A stretch of DNA of 63,966 nucleotides, the filler included, from Sluysia triapertura (taxonomy: Eukaryota): the NCBI GenBank assembly GCA_046118255.1. It is 5 parts of 5 records of this genome, joined end to end, with 100 filler letters (N's around TTAATTAATTAA, not from the genome) between each part and the next. Parts side by side here need not be neighbours in the genome. Positions count along the whole stretch, not along the records: positions 12,065 to 30,058 come from JBJNIA010183390.1; 4 more parts are not named here. One strand, 5' to 3'. Shown piece by piece: positions 12,180 to 23,948 of the stretch. A program made the translations under genes and the position numbers. Every line of letters starts with the position of its first letter. Position 1 is the stretch's first letter. Below the pieces are notes generated by a model, which saw only the letters and a list, made by a program, of their open reading frames with translations, was not told the DNA's origin and ran no database searches.

Positions 12180-13305
12180 TGGTTGATAATATGTTTTGTA
12201 CCTAATAGAGTTTGGCAAACCGTACCATGTAGTTTCAAAGTTGTAATTGTCGGTCTGATTCTCAAAGAGGTTTGGATGATTTGTGTGAGAGAATGTTTGG
12301 TTGTGAGATTGTGAATTGATTTGATGATGAGAGAGAATAATATAAAGATTTCAAAATTTTTACATTACAATAACAAAATAACAACAATGACAATGATGAT
12401 GATAGATATGAAAATCAATACTTAGGGTAAAGTTTTTAATTTTTATTTATTATTTTATTAAAATAATAAAGTTATTTCAATTTGAATAATTTTAATATTG
12501 TGTCATTTTTAGCTAATTTTTTAAACTATTTTTAAGGTGAGTTGATAAGAAACTCCCTATTCAATTTTTGTAAAAATATTATTTTCAAGATAATTAATTG
12601 AAAACCATTTCATGTAATTTTTGTTGAATATTACATTTAAATTGTATTTGATTTTCATTTTAAGGAGGATTGATAAGAGACTCCCTACGCAATTTTTGTT
12701 AAGACTATATTTGATTTTTAGCTATTTTTAAGATAATTAATTGAGAGACATTTCGCATAATTTTTGTTGAAGATCACATTTAAATCATATTTTATTTTCG
12801 GTTATTTTTAATGTGAATTGATTAGAAACTCCCTACGCAATTTTTTCTATCAAAATATTAAGTATTTTAACTCTAGAAATTACTGTTAAGTTGTTCTTTA
12901 AAGTTATTATTACCAAGAATTTTATTGTAGTCGTAATAAAAAAAATATTTAAATAAAATAATTACTATTAATTTTCTAGATATTTATATTGTTAGTGTCT
13001 GTTGCGTCACTCCTGGTTGTTTTGTCATAATTAGATTGTAATATAATTGATTTTTTTGTTATTTTAGTTGTTTTCAGTATTTAGTAAAGATTCTTATTGA
13101 TGATAAATTATATTACGATTTTTTGTACATCATTGTCTTAGTTTTGATTTGATTTTCAAGAACTTAAATTTGGTGTAATAGTTATTAATATTATAAAAGA
13201 ATATTACTGCCGAAATATATTCGATATACTGACTATTTAAATTATTGAGGTTCCTTTAAGCTAATCAAGTTAATATTGAGTCATAATAGCTAATAATTTT
13301 AAAGT
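12180..13305 (+). repeat. Interspersed repeat homologous to ~22700-23402, probably part of the Polinton-like family
   Basis: Shared blocks GTACCATGTA..TGTCGG..ATTCTCAA..GATTTGTGTGA.AGAATGTTT, GTTGCGTCACT.CTGGTT and TTAAATTATTGAG.TTC.TTTAAGCTAAT..TAGCTAATAATTT in the same order. Confidence 0.8.
12530..12845. repeat. Tandem array of five ~55-75 bp units, alternating two subtypes
   Basis: Type A TTGATAAGAAACTCCCTACGCAATTTTTG at ~12542, 12670, 12818; type B GATAATTAATTGA.A..CATTTC...TAATTTTTGTTGAA at ~12589, 12732. Confidence 0.85.
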
Positions 13306-13375
13306 CGCTACATCTATATAAACTAAAATTATATTTAAAATTTGTCTTGTTTTCTGGTTATACCGTTTTGCATAT

Positions 13376-14269
13376 TCACGGATGATTAATTTCATTCTCT
13401 ATCATAGAATCGTCTGGAACTTCAGTAAAACTATCATTTGTAATGTTGCTGGCATTGATAATTAAATTTTGCAAACTAAGTTCGATTCCTAATTTTGATA
13501 AAATGGATTGATTCCTGAGACATTGATCAGCAAGTCAAGCTGGATAACCAGGAACATCGATTGTGTGGCAGTATAAGCAATTTTTTCCATGGTTGAAACA
13601 TTAACCAGTTTGAGTGGATGTATGCGGGCGGAGAGCCATCTGTAGAGTTTTGTTACCATTATAGAACGACTTGAAATAGTCATCTTCTGAATTATCCTTT
13701 GGTAATGTTGTCTCTAATGATTTTTCTTTATTAGTCATGACTAATGAATTGACATCTACTATATTTGTAATAACTAATTTGTGAAATGTTAAAATTATAT
13801 TAATAGAAATTTCTATAATTTTATCTTCCTTTGTCATTATATAATTCAAAACACGAGCATGAATAGAACTAAATCGTTTAAACTTAGGTACATGAAACAG
13901 TGCAGTCAAATTTCTCGTAATAATATTTTTTACACCTAGCTTATATACTAATTTGCAAGTATTAACATGAAAAGGTACTAATTTCTTAATAGGTAATGCT
14001 TTTAATTCGCTTTTTGAACATTGACGATATCTTATGTTCAGTGATGACATTAAATAACAGAGAATATTACAATCAATACCAGTTAAATGAGTACTCATTA
14101 AATTATACGTTATAATTTTGAATAGACATTTTTTATAATGCTCATTATTGATATCAAATTTCGTTTGGATAAAATTCATTATATCTTTTAACAAAGCAGA
14201 ATAACAATTTCTTTTAATAAATATTTCATTCAAAAATTCGTTGAATTCATCTTTCAAAATTTTCTCCAT
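13376..14269 (-). pseudogene. Intronless ORF of unknown function (222 aa open) continuing in frame past two stops into a CxxHxxxCxxC zinc finger; likely virus/Polinton-like accessory gene
   Basis: ORF track 13601-14269; same frame after TAA reads CFNHGKNCLYCHTIDVPGYPA*LADQCLRNQSILSKLG...INHP*; lies just downstream of the conserved promoter-like motif at 14445-14552. Confidence 0.55.
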
Positions 14270-14444
14270 CGCATAATTATTACTAAATGAGTAGTGAATA
14301 TTTATTTTGTCAACCAGATAAATTTTTTTGGATAAACAAAGTTACTGAATTTCAGGTTTAATTGATTTAATAATTTGGTGAAACATAATTCGTTAAATTA
14401 ATACTACCAACAATTAAAATGTAAATGATGAAATAACATTGTGA

Positions 14445-14552
14445 TGCTAGTGTTTTCTTAAACTTAAACTTATTCACTGAAAATTATCTGATGAGTCGGT
14501 TCGCCTAATATATACGCTTTATACCAAAAATGGAGACGTATTATTAGGATTT
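14445..14552 (-). promoter_or_regulatory. Conserved promoter-like motif, left arm of inverted repeat
   Basis: Minus strand CCTAATAATACGTCTCC..TTGGTATAAAGCGTATATATTAGGCGAACCGACTCATCAG; TATA-like and TCAG initiator-like words; inverted copy at 15567-15665 and third copy at 51246-51352. Confidence 0.55.
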
Positions 14553-15058
14553 AATATAATTCCTTAATTAGTGCTTAACCTAACACTCTTACTTACAAAC
14601 AGTTAAAATTGTAAAGTAAATATTTTAAAAAAGTGTTTTTATGTGTAAACAGTGTTTTTGTATTTATGTGTTGTTAATATTATTATTATTATAATTATAC
14701 TTAAATAAAAAATATAAAATTCAAAATTAAATAGAATTATTTTAATTAAAAAATTAATTTGTTTTAATATAGTAAAATATAAATAATAAAGAAAATGTTT
14801 AAATTAATTCTGGATCTATTATTAGTAACAAAGAAAAAATTATAATTATTTTAAGAAAATATTAATTTATTATTACACCAGTATAAATAGAAGGATAAAA
14901 CAAGTAAAAAATCAGAATTGGAATTAGAATTAAAATTGATAGTTAAATTGATCAAAGTTTTAGAAAAGTGATATTCTGAGGTCATTTGGATCCAGACTTA
15001 ATATTTGATTTTTCAATGTCAAAAAACTTCAAGTAATTTTTTATTGCATAAGTTTTAT

Positions 15059-15485
15059 AATATCACCTTAATAGGGATATTTAAAATATACGTAAAATCA
15101 AAGATAAATTTTTCATCAACACCTTAACGAAAGGGTTGAGTAATCTTGATTTAAAATTTGATATTTAATCAACGCTGTTGAATTATTTAATTTCCATATT
15201 GATATTATACAATTGTTTTGTAAGGATTTAGTCGATTTGTTAACTTTTATAAATAGATTATTAGAGAGTTTAACAGACTTGTGTTTTTTGTGAAAAATAA
15301 ATCGTTAATAGAACATTAAACTACTCGTATTTAACTAAATAAAACGATAAAATACTTTTCTGTAACAACACCTTAATCTAAAGAAGGGTTGTGTAAAATC
15401 ATAAAATAACATTTTACATACAACATCTCATTAAGAGAGTTGTGCAATCTATTTTTATTTAACAACACCTTAATAAAAGGGTTGT
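15059..15485 (+). repeat. Array of five bulged-A hairpins
   Basis: AATATC-A-CCT-TAAT-AGG-GATATT (15059), TCAAC-A-CCTT-AACGA-AAGG-GTTGA (15116), ACAAC-A-CCTT-AATCTAAAG-AAGG-GTTGT (15365), ACAAC-A-TCTC-ATTAA-GAGA-GTTGT (15420), ACAAC-A-CCTT-AATAA-AAGG-GTTGT (15462). Confidence 0.9.
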
Positions 15486-15566
15486 GAAACATAACTAAAA
15501 TCTAACGACTTAGATAGTCAATTTGAGTTTTATTTAGTTGGACTTTAAGTTAAGTCTTAAAATTAC

Positions 15567-15665
15567 AAAACCTAATAATACGTCTCCAAGTTTGGTATAA
15601 AGCGTATATATTAGGCGGATCAACCTATCGGATAATTTGTTAAGTATAAGAAAATACTAGCAATG
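15567..15665 (+). promoter_or_regulatory. Conserved promoter-like motif, right arm of inverted repeat
   Basis: AAAACCTAATAATACGTCTCCAAGTTTGGTATAAAGCGTATATATTAGGCGGA..ATCGGATAATTT..TAAGAAAATACTAGCA, reverse complement of 14445-14552 with few substitutions and one indel. Confidence 0.55.
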
Positions 15666-18017
15666 ATTACTAAATTTAAATTGTCAGAAATAATATTTGT
15701 TTTCAAAACATTTCTTATATCTTTTATGGTAAAAGTAATATGTGATGTATTAAGTACGATAATTTTATTAAGACATCTCTACATAAATGCGCCTTACGTT
15801 TATCAGCGAGTTTTGTGCAAAACAATAATGATTCGGTAGGACTTTGTGAACATACACAGGTTAATAGCACTTGAGCACGCTTTGATCTTATCAAAATTCA
15901 AAAATTATTTTATTATTATTATTATTATTAATTATATTGATAATATCAAACCAAACTTAATTTCACTTCATCATCTCTTCTAATATCTGAACCAATAACA
16001 GCATTTTCATGCATCCAAGCTTTCAAAACTTTTAATTTATTCTTCTAACATTAACCTTATATAAAGGATCTGGTCAGCAAAAACAGATGCTTGCTGCATC
16101 ACTTCTTCAAATTTCTTCATAGACAAAATAAAACTTGAAAAATAAAAACGATACTAACGTAACATGAATTTCTCACACCAGTAATATTTTTACAATCAAT
16201 AATATAGCAAGATGTTCTCTACCACAAATTTCTTTGCCTTTACCAGTGTACATATCAAACACCATTAATTATAAATTTCAGTGTGTGGTCTAATCAGTCA
16301 AGTAGAGAAATATACAAGAATAGGTCAACAAAAATATATTTCAGAACTCAGACGAATATATTACAGTAGTGTGTTTAATGAAATGAATTAATGCTGATAG
16401 AATATGAGATGCAATATAATCAAAAAGGAAAAAGAATATATCTTCCATAAGTTATGTTCCATAATAAATGAGTCATTCTGCAGTTTTGTTTAATTAAGGA
16501 AAATATGTATAAGTTTACTGTTTCTAATATTTTATATATTTTTGTTTAATTCTTGAATCTCTAATGTCTCGTTTAATTTGGAACAATAGTTATATTTATA
16601 TTGTGACTTTAATTTTATTTGGGAACTTATACTTATGAAATTCTGAACTTTAATAAATGTAATTAACTTACAAATAAAATTAGATAAGTATAATCATTTT
16701 TATAATTATATTACAGAATGCCAAATTAATGAAATTGTTAGATCTAATTCATACACCCCAATTACAAAAAATTAATAACAATGATTATTATTTTTATTTA
16801 TTACGAATTTTATTATAGATAATGTGAATCATAATTTGTGAAAAAAATTATTCTTTTACTCTGAACAAATTTTAACAAATATGTGGATGTATTTGAAAAT
16901 ATTTTCGAAAATATAAGAAATACTATCTTTAACATTAACAGTAAGATCATATAATTTTTTAGTTCATTAATTCATAGAATAAAAACTAAATAAAAATTAA
17001 GGAGACAATAATGTTCATCCTGAAAAATATGCAATAGGAATTGTAAAAAATACCATATCGAAGTATAGAGGGACTGAGCACGATTTTAACAATGGCTATT
17101 AAAAAATAATTTTACAAATGCATACCTTATATGAAAGACTTAGCAGACAACAAATTCATAAGATATACTTTCATCTCGCATAATTAAGTGTTTCATATTT
17201 TTCAATACATTACTTATGTATAATCTAGAATAAAATTATTAAAATTTGAAAAATGATACATTTATTTAACAAAAACACTAATATATTAGACGTGTGAATA
17301 ATACATATAGATCTGAATGCAACATCGCAAGATTTAAAACTCAAAATTAATGATTTTAAAGAGGCACGATAATCAGTAACAAAATTAATAATAAATTTTA
17401 GCCAAAATTTAAGGTGTTGCTTGTGTTTTATGCATATTGTTTGATGATTTGATATTTTTGAGATTGTATTGAAGTTTACAAGGCATATCATAGTTTGTGT
17501 TCATATTTGTTTACGACTGTGTATGATTAGTGTTTTAGTCTTGAGTTCACTATTGTGTGCCTTTCCTTAGGATATGACATGTAGTAGAGACGAACTCGAC
17601 GATTAAACGTTGCCTTGCTAAGAGTTAGAAATAAAAAACATACTCGCAAAATTGGGACCAGATATTGAATTATTATTAAGAATAAAATATTGAACATACA
17701 ATTTCGACGTAAATTGTTACATATTAAGCATTAATATATTTTTACATTTAAAACAGCACATAAATCAAAAACTTTGCTAAGTTGTTTAGTCTAATAAGCA
17801 ATAGGAGTTAAGTTCTGTTAATTAAAATAGATTTTTAAAAATTCGCTTGGCACCATCAAAAATCCTGTTAACATAACCGCTAAATATCCATAAAACAAAA
17901 CATTATAAACGTAAAAAGTTGTCATAAATGTGTTTTCGAAATTAGTAATACTAAATTTTAGTTCAAAATATTTATTATAAACCAATATCATATCAAATCA
18001 AAAACAGAAAAAATTGT

Positions 18018-18716
18018 TCACTTAATAGATTTTGCAATCAAAGACTGTATAAGTTTTCGAATTTGTTCTCTTTTTTCATTAGAGTTAACTTTATAGTTTT
18101 TAATAATATCTTTCATTTGAGGGATAGAATATTTTCCACTTAAAATGAGATTAATTATTTTTTCTGCTAATATTATGCAATACATTCCACAATCACTTGA
18201 ATTATTCTGTATTTCACAATCAAGAAGTTCAATGATAGTATTTTTAGCTTTTAAAATACAGCCTAATTTATGTGCAACATTATCAGCTTCCCTTCTAAAA
18301 TGAAATAAAACAAATTAAAATTACTTGTTAGCATAACTAGGCCCTAAGGAATCTAAATAAAAACTTGTGACAACATGACTAGATAGATAAAGGATCAGTA
18401 AAAACCAGTGAATACCACCAGCTCTTTCAACAGTATCGTCACTATTTACTGGCAAAATAATCCACCCAGTTTCTTTAACCGTTACAGATTCCAAAAATGC
18501 AGCTTCTTCTAAATCTTTTGGTGATAAAAATTTGATCAATTGAACTGACGAAGGATTACCTAAGAATATATTTTTATTAGTCAAATGGTAATGGTCAGTT
18601 AAGTATTCCATATAAAAGTGTATAACACTATCAGTAATCCATCCACCTTTAATAAGGCTATTATAATCACATTGACGCATTACTGAATCTTTGTAGCTCA
18701 AAATTATGTCACTCAT
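18018..18716 (-). CDS. SENP8: Sentrin-specific protease 8 / NEDD8-specific protease (exons 18325-18716 and 18018-18294; 222 aa)
   Basis: MSDIILSYKDS, WITDSVIHFYMEYL, GGIHW (His), YLDS (Asp), and after splicing the GT..AG intron 18295-18324, QNNSSDCGMY (Cys); frame open to TGA at 18018-18020. Confidence 0.93.
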
Positions 18717-19878
18717 AAAATCAATTTTTTCCTTAACCTAAGATATATTTCGATGAAGGTTAGAGGTTAGAAATATAACTTTATAAATCAAATCTGTCTT
18801 CATACCAGATATTAACAAAAAACTTAAGATAATACAAAAGTAATTTATTTTTATCAAATTTAAAATGGAATTATTTTGCATAAAAAGGTAATTAATTGAT
18901 TTACACTTTTCAATTTCATAATTTAAATCTTTGTAGTCAAAAGTTATATTTGCGTATTATATTTTTTAATTATTAAAAGCATTTCATTTTATTTAAAATT
19001 GTTCCCATCTTTACTTATTAAAGTGGAAATCATTTATAAAAAGTTACAGTTTATGTACTTATTTCTAAAATGTATCTTATAATTAATGTTTTCACAAAAA
19101 ATTTTAAAACAATTTTTATTAAATTGCTGAAGTATTTTTTTATTTGACTTGTAGTTAAATTATTTAAATTTGTTTTATTTTATTCTTTCAGATTATGTAG
19201 GAATATTTAGGACTTATTTAGTTATACATGCTTTTGAAATTTTTTAATTACATTTATAATTACGGAATGGAAAATGCAATCGGAATCAAAAATTAGGAAT
19301 AAGATTTTTTAATCTTACACTGTGGTTTAATGTACAGTGAAATTACCTGAGTAATGCACCACCTTTATATGAATTTTGAATCTTTTATTAAAATGAATCA
19401 ATTATCTGTGCTAGTTTTCATTTTAAAGCAAAGTTTTCTTAATTTAACTTAATAAATCTTAAATAATTTTTGGTGAATACTTTCATTGCATACAAGTAAG
19501 TTAATAAACGTGTTCATGTTTTTTCGTCACTGTGTGATTAATTTAATTGCAAGCCATAAATATAATGAAACAAGAAGCAAACTTAAAAGACATCAGACAA
19601 TGCTGGATGACATCGTTTTACGATAAAATGCTGGTTTCTTTGCATCCAGGTATTATCATTAAGACGTTTCAAATACCATAAGGAAGGATGAGAGGCATTG
19701 TAAATCTTACATGTACTAGTGCTGCCTTATTTGACTCACCTGACCCAATAGCAAAAATAAAAAAGTACTTAAGCTCCTTTGTTCATTTTCGCCTCGTGCC
19801 TCATGCAGCCATTATGATCTATGCTATGTTTTTATATTAAAACTTTTGCAAAAATATTTTGGTGGTGCTTTTTATAAC

Positions 19879-20309
19879 GTGAGAAAAGTGTAGAATAAAG
19901 AGTTAATTAAAATTTGCGTGAGTTCACCAACGTACTGGGCTTATCGGCGAGGGCCAGCCGTTGGATTTTAATCGTAAGAAAAGATGCTTAACTCGAGTTA
20001 TAAAAGTTCTTAACACTTAAGTTCTGGAGGTAAATGTCTTTTAGATAATTAATTAAATATCAATTATAATAAATTTAAATGAGAATATTACGTAAATTCC
20101 GTTACATGGAATCGAATAAAATATAGTTTACCTACTAGACTTAACTTCTAGTATGTGAAATCTTTGAAATAGATTGATTTTATGATTTTAAAGCTATAGC
20201 AAAAAATTGAAACAAGTTTAAGTTTTATTATAACAATGATTGTAGATAAGAAATTAATAATAAAAATAATAAAGTTACAATAAACTAAATATAATTAGTT
20301 TAAATATAA
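19879..20309 (+). repeat. Structured interspersed repeat, copy 3
   Basis: AGTTCACCAACGTACTGGGCTTATCGGCGAGGGCCAGCCGTTGG, CTGGAGGT, ATTCCGTTACATGGAAT, ACTAGACTTAACTTCTAGT; 3' part matches reverse complement of positions 1-150. Confidence 0.9.
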
Positions 20310-22429
20310 AGAGATTTTTAAAATAATATTTTGTCTGAGATCGTTATACGATCCAAATAAAAATTCATAAATTTAAGTAAATTTTACTATTGATATTCTA
20401 CAAATATCTGATCTTAATAAAAATCAAGCTAACGTGATCCAATAAAATGATTCAAATGTCTGTGTTGAAATAGAAATTGTCTTCTTTAAAATTAATAATT
20501 AGACCTTGAAGTCAGATTAAAACAAAAGGATATATTTCGATAAAACAAAAATTTAGTAAAATAAAAATTTTTAATTAAAATAACTGGTTCTCATTAGCTT
20601 AATAATTTAATTCAAAAATAATTTTAATAAAAATTTAATTTAAAATAATTTAATTTAATAATCTCAATAAAAATTAAAAACATACTTTCCAATTTATAAA
20701 TTAATATTTCCAATAATTTGTAAATTAATAATTAATAAAATTAACACAAATAATAGTAAAAATTAATAGAATATTCACACAATCATAAATTGTTAGTCAT
20801 AGTAAAAATCAATAATTAATTCACATAAACACAATCATAAATTGTTAATCATGATAAATTGTTAGTGTTAGTCATCATTACAATAGATTAAAGCTCCGAT
20901 AAGGTTTAATCTATTACCCTTCAATATATCGGGAACTTAAAAATGTTACAAATAATTAGAAATTTAAGTATATTTTAAAATTTCAACTTCTAAAGTTGAA
21001 ATTGACCCTCTAAATATATAATTTACCAATGAATATTTTCCAATTTTTTGAATTGCTGCGAATTTCGAACCGTTACTAAAATCTCACAATTCATCAAACA
21101 AATCAAATTAAAAGGATATTTCAAAATGGCGATGTTAAAATGGCGATTTTCATTAAACGGATGCTAGTTTATATAGTAGTCATCAGCACGTAGGAAAGAA
21201 TGATGAATAATAATAATATTAATAATAAATAAACTCATCTTGTTTGACCTAGAATTTAAAAATTAAATTTTTAAATATTAATAATCACCTCACTTGACAT
21301 GTGAATATATTTTTCTTCACATGTAATAATAAAATAATTATTGACTAATCATTATTTATTCTTGGTATAAAAAAGTCGTCGCAAGAAATTGAGGACACAA
21401 GTGAAAAGCAATATGTTGTTTGTAGTTAAAATGAGCTTAGCAATCGTTTTTTGGCAATAAAAATCTGTTCGTTTCAGAAATCTTGGCAAATCAAATCAGT
21501 TGGTAATATAAATCTTCACTGATATTTAATCCGCTTGCTGGAAAAGTTCAAGAATTATGTATAATACAATTTGGTGGAATTCTAATTAGATTTAATTCCA
21601 GTGTCACCTGAACAAAGAATTTTATTTGATTTGCGGTTGAAAATTTTGAAACCATCAGTAAGCTTTTTATGTTAAGTTTAATTTCGGTTAGGAGATATAA
21701 AAATAACATAAAATCATTTTTAAACTCTTATTTTCATTTTAGAAATATTTTCTATTATTATTTTTATTATTATTTGGAATAAACTGTAATACACATTTAT
21801 TTTCATTCTTTATTAATATATATTGTAGTTTTGTCTTTATTTAGTTAATTTCTTAAAGTAATTATCAAGTTAACGGATCTAAGTTTAATCGAATATTTGA
21901 ACATAATATTTTAGTTGATCTATAGAATCTGTAAGTAATATTAAAGTAATTACTAAGTTAAAGAAGCCAAATATTTTATTTGATTTTTAGAATATATAAA
22001 GTAATGACAAATAACTAGACAAAAATAAACATAAATTCACTTATATTACGTCTTTTTAATAAAATAAAAATAAAAATTAAAATTATGGAAGTAAATCTTT
22101 TAGGAATTACATATGAGAGAGTTCTTTTCCAGAATTAAGCACTGTACTAAGCAAGAGATTAACTTTTAACTTTTATAGGTAATTAATATAAGAAAGTTAG
22201 AATATACGTTATTTGTCAGAAAAAACTCTCAGAAGTTTTCTAAGTACAATAGACTACAGATTCATAGTTTTTGTTATTAATTACAAGAAAAGAGTACATA
22301 TTCGCATATACTTTAATTACAAGAAAAGCTTTTTAAGTCTATGTGCTGTTACTTACGAGTACGTCTCCTTAGGATTAAAGCGTACATCGCAAGTGGACAT
22401 TTAGAATTAAAAATCAAAGTATAAGAAAA

Positions 22430-23770
22430 AACATAGCAAAGTGAATATGAAATGATTGCTATGGAAGAAGAGAATCTAGAAGTGAGTTTGAAATGTTTGC
22501 GGAGTGGTTTGTTTGAGAGCTTAAACATTTTCCATAAGAAAATTGGGTGTGGATAACCAAAAATCAATTAAATTCTGAAAACTAAAATTAAATTCACTAT
22601 TTTGTATGTATGTTAACAATAATAATGATTATTATATTAATGCGAAAATTAATTTAAGTAAAAGTAGATTGAGTAGAGTAAAGGAAAATAATAGATAATC
22701 GTAAATCAATTTTTCGTGTTTTGTATTTAATAAAGTTTGACAGTCTGTACCATGTAACTGTCGGATTAATTCTCAAGGAATGTTGCACTGATTTGTGTGA
22801 CAGAATGTTTAATCAAAAAATTTGGGAATAATTGGATGATGAGAAAATTTAAAAAGGAATACCAAAAAAATTTTACATCACAACAATAACACAACAGAGT
22901 CAGCAACGATTAATAATGCAAATGAGAAGATCCATGCTTTAACTAATTTTTGAATTTATTTTATAATTAAAAATAATATTATTTTGGGGAGATTTCATTT
23001 AAATAGTTTTTGTTTTTTGAAAATTTTATTTGATTATTATTAAGAAATAAACGTGAATAATAATTAACATTTTTCTTAGTGTTTGTTGCGTCACTTCTGG
23101 TTTCTTTAGATATACTGTTATGTTCTTAGAAATATTATAAACATTATTCTTAATCTTGTTATTTAGTCATTTTTAGTATTGTTTAGTGGAGATTTATAAT
23201 AATAATTTGTATTTGATTTTTGTTTAACCAGTAAATTATTTTGTTTTTATTAATTTGATTTTTAAAAACTTAATAATCATTATTATCAGAATAAGAGAAT
23301 TACTGAAAATTTATACTTGATATAATGAGCACTTAAATTATTGAGATTCTTTTTAAGCTAATTACATTGATATTGATTTATCGTAGCTAATAATTTCTAA
23401 AGACGAAACAAATACTTCAAAAAATACAAGATAAAAGTTTTACGATTCAAGAGATCTGGTTAAATAATTCTTCGTTCCTTCGTCATTATTGGTTTATATT
23501 AACATAATCATTCGTCACGATTCAATATTTTCTGAGTGGAATTTAGCTAATTAATTCTTAGTCATTCATAAAAAATTTGAACAGTATGTCGAAGTTGTGT
23601 TTGCTTTAAAAAGAAACATATAGTTTGAATGGGTTTATGAAAAGAAAGCCAAATTTTAATCAATTCTCAATTTTACAACGTTAAAATTTTCAAATTTAGA
23701 TTGATGAAAAGATAATGAATTGCATATGAAATGACTACCACGAAAGAGGAGAATCTAGAAATGAATATCA
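22430..23770 (+). mobile_element. Decayed fragments of the Polinton-like family
   Basis: GAATATGAAATGATTGCTATGGAAGAAGAGAATC (~22443) and GCATATGAAATGACTACCACGAAAGAGGAGAATC (~23722) match the minus-strand segment 50741-50783 upstream of PolB; 22700-23402 matches 12180-13305. Confidence 0.5.
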
Positions 23771-23948
23771 ATAAAATGAAATATCAATAAATGTGATGTG
23801 TCAAAAACCAAAATCATATAAACAAATATACAAACAATCATTCATTTAAAATTCTTATAACACTAACAAAACTGAACCAACCACTCATGACTACATTCTC
23901 ACATAATGATGCACTCTTTAGCAGTTTCCTTTGAACTAACTTCTAAAG

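Noticed and set aside
14488-14545. CTGATGAGTC...GACGTA resembling a hammerhead ribozyme core
   Set aside because: Lacks the GAAA half of the core, and CTGATGA is not conserved in the other two copies of the motif
15059-15485. Repeat-spacer pattern resembling a CRISPR array
   Set aside because: Units vary in sequence, spacing is irregular (about 18 to 225 bp), the context is eukaryotic and no cas genes are present
17225-17491. Short hydrophobic ORFs here and at 22213, 29546, 39532, 41490, 43949, 51994 and 57002
   Set aside because: Composition expected from random AT-rich DNA; no motifs or splice support
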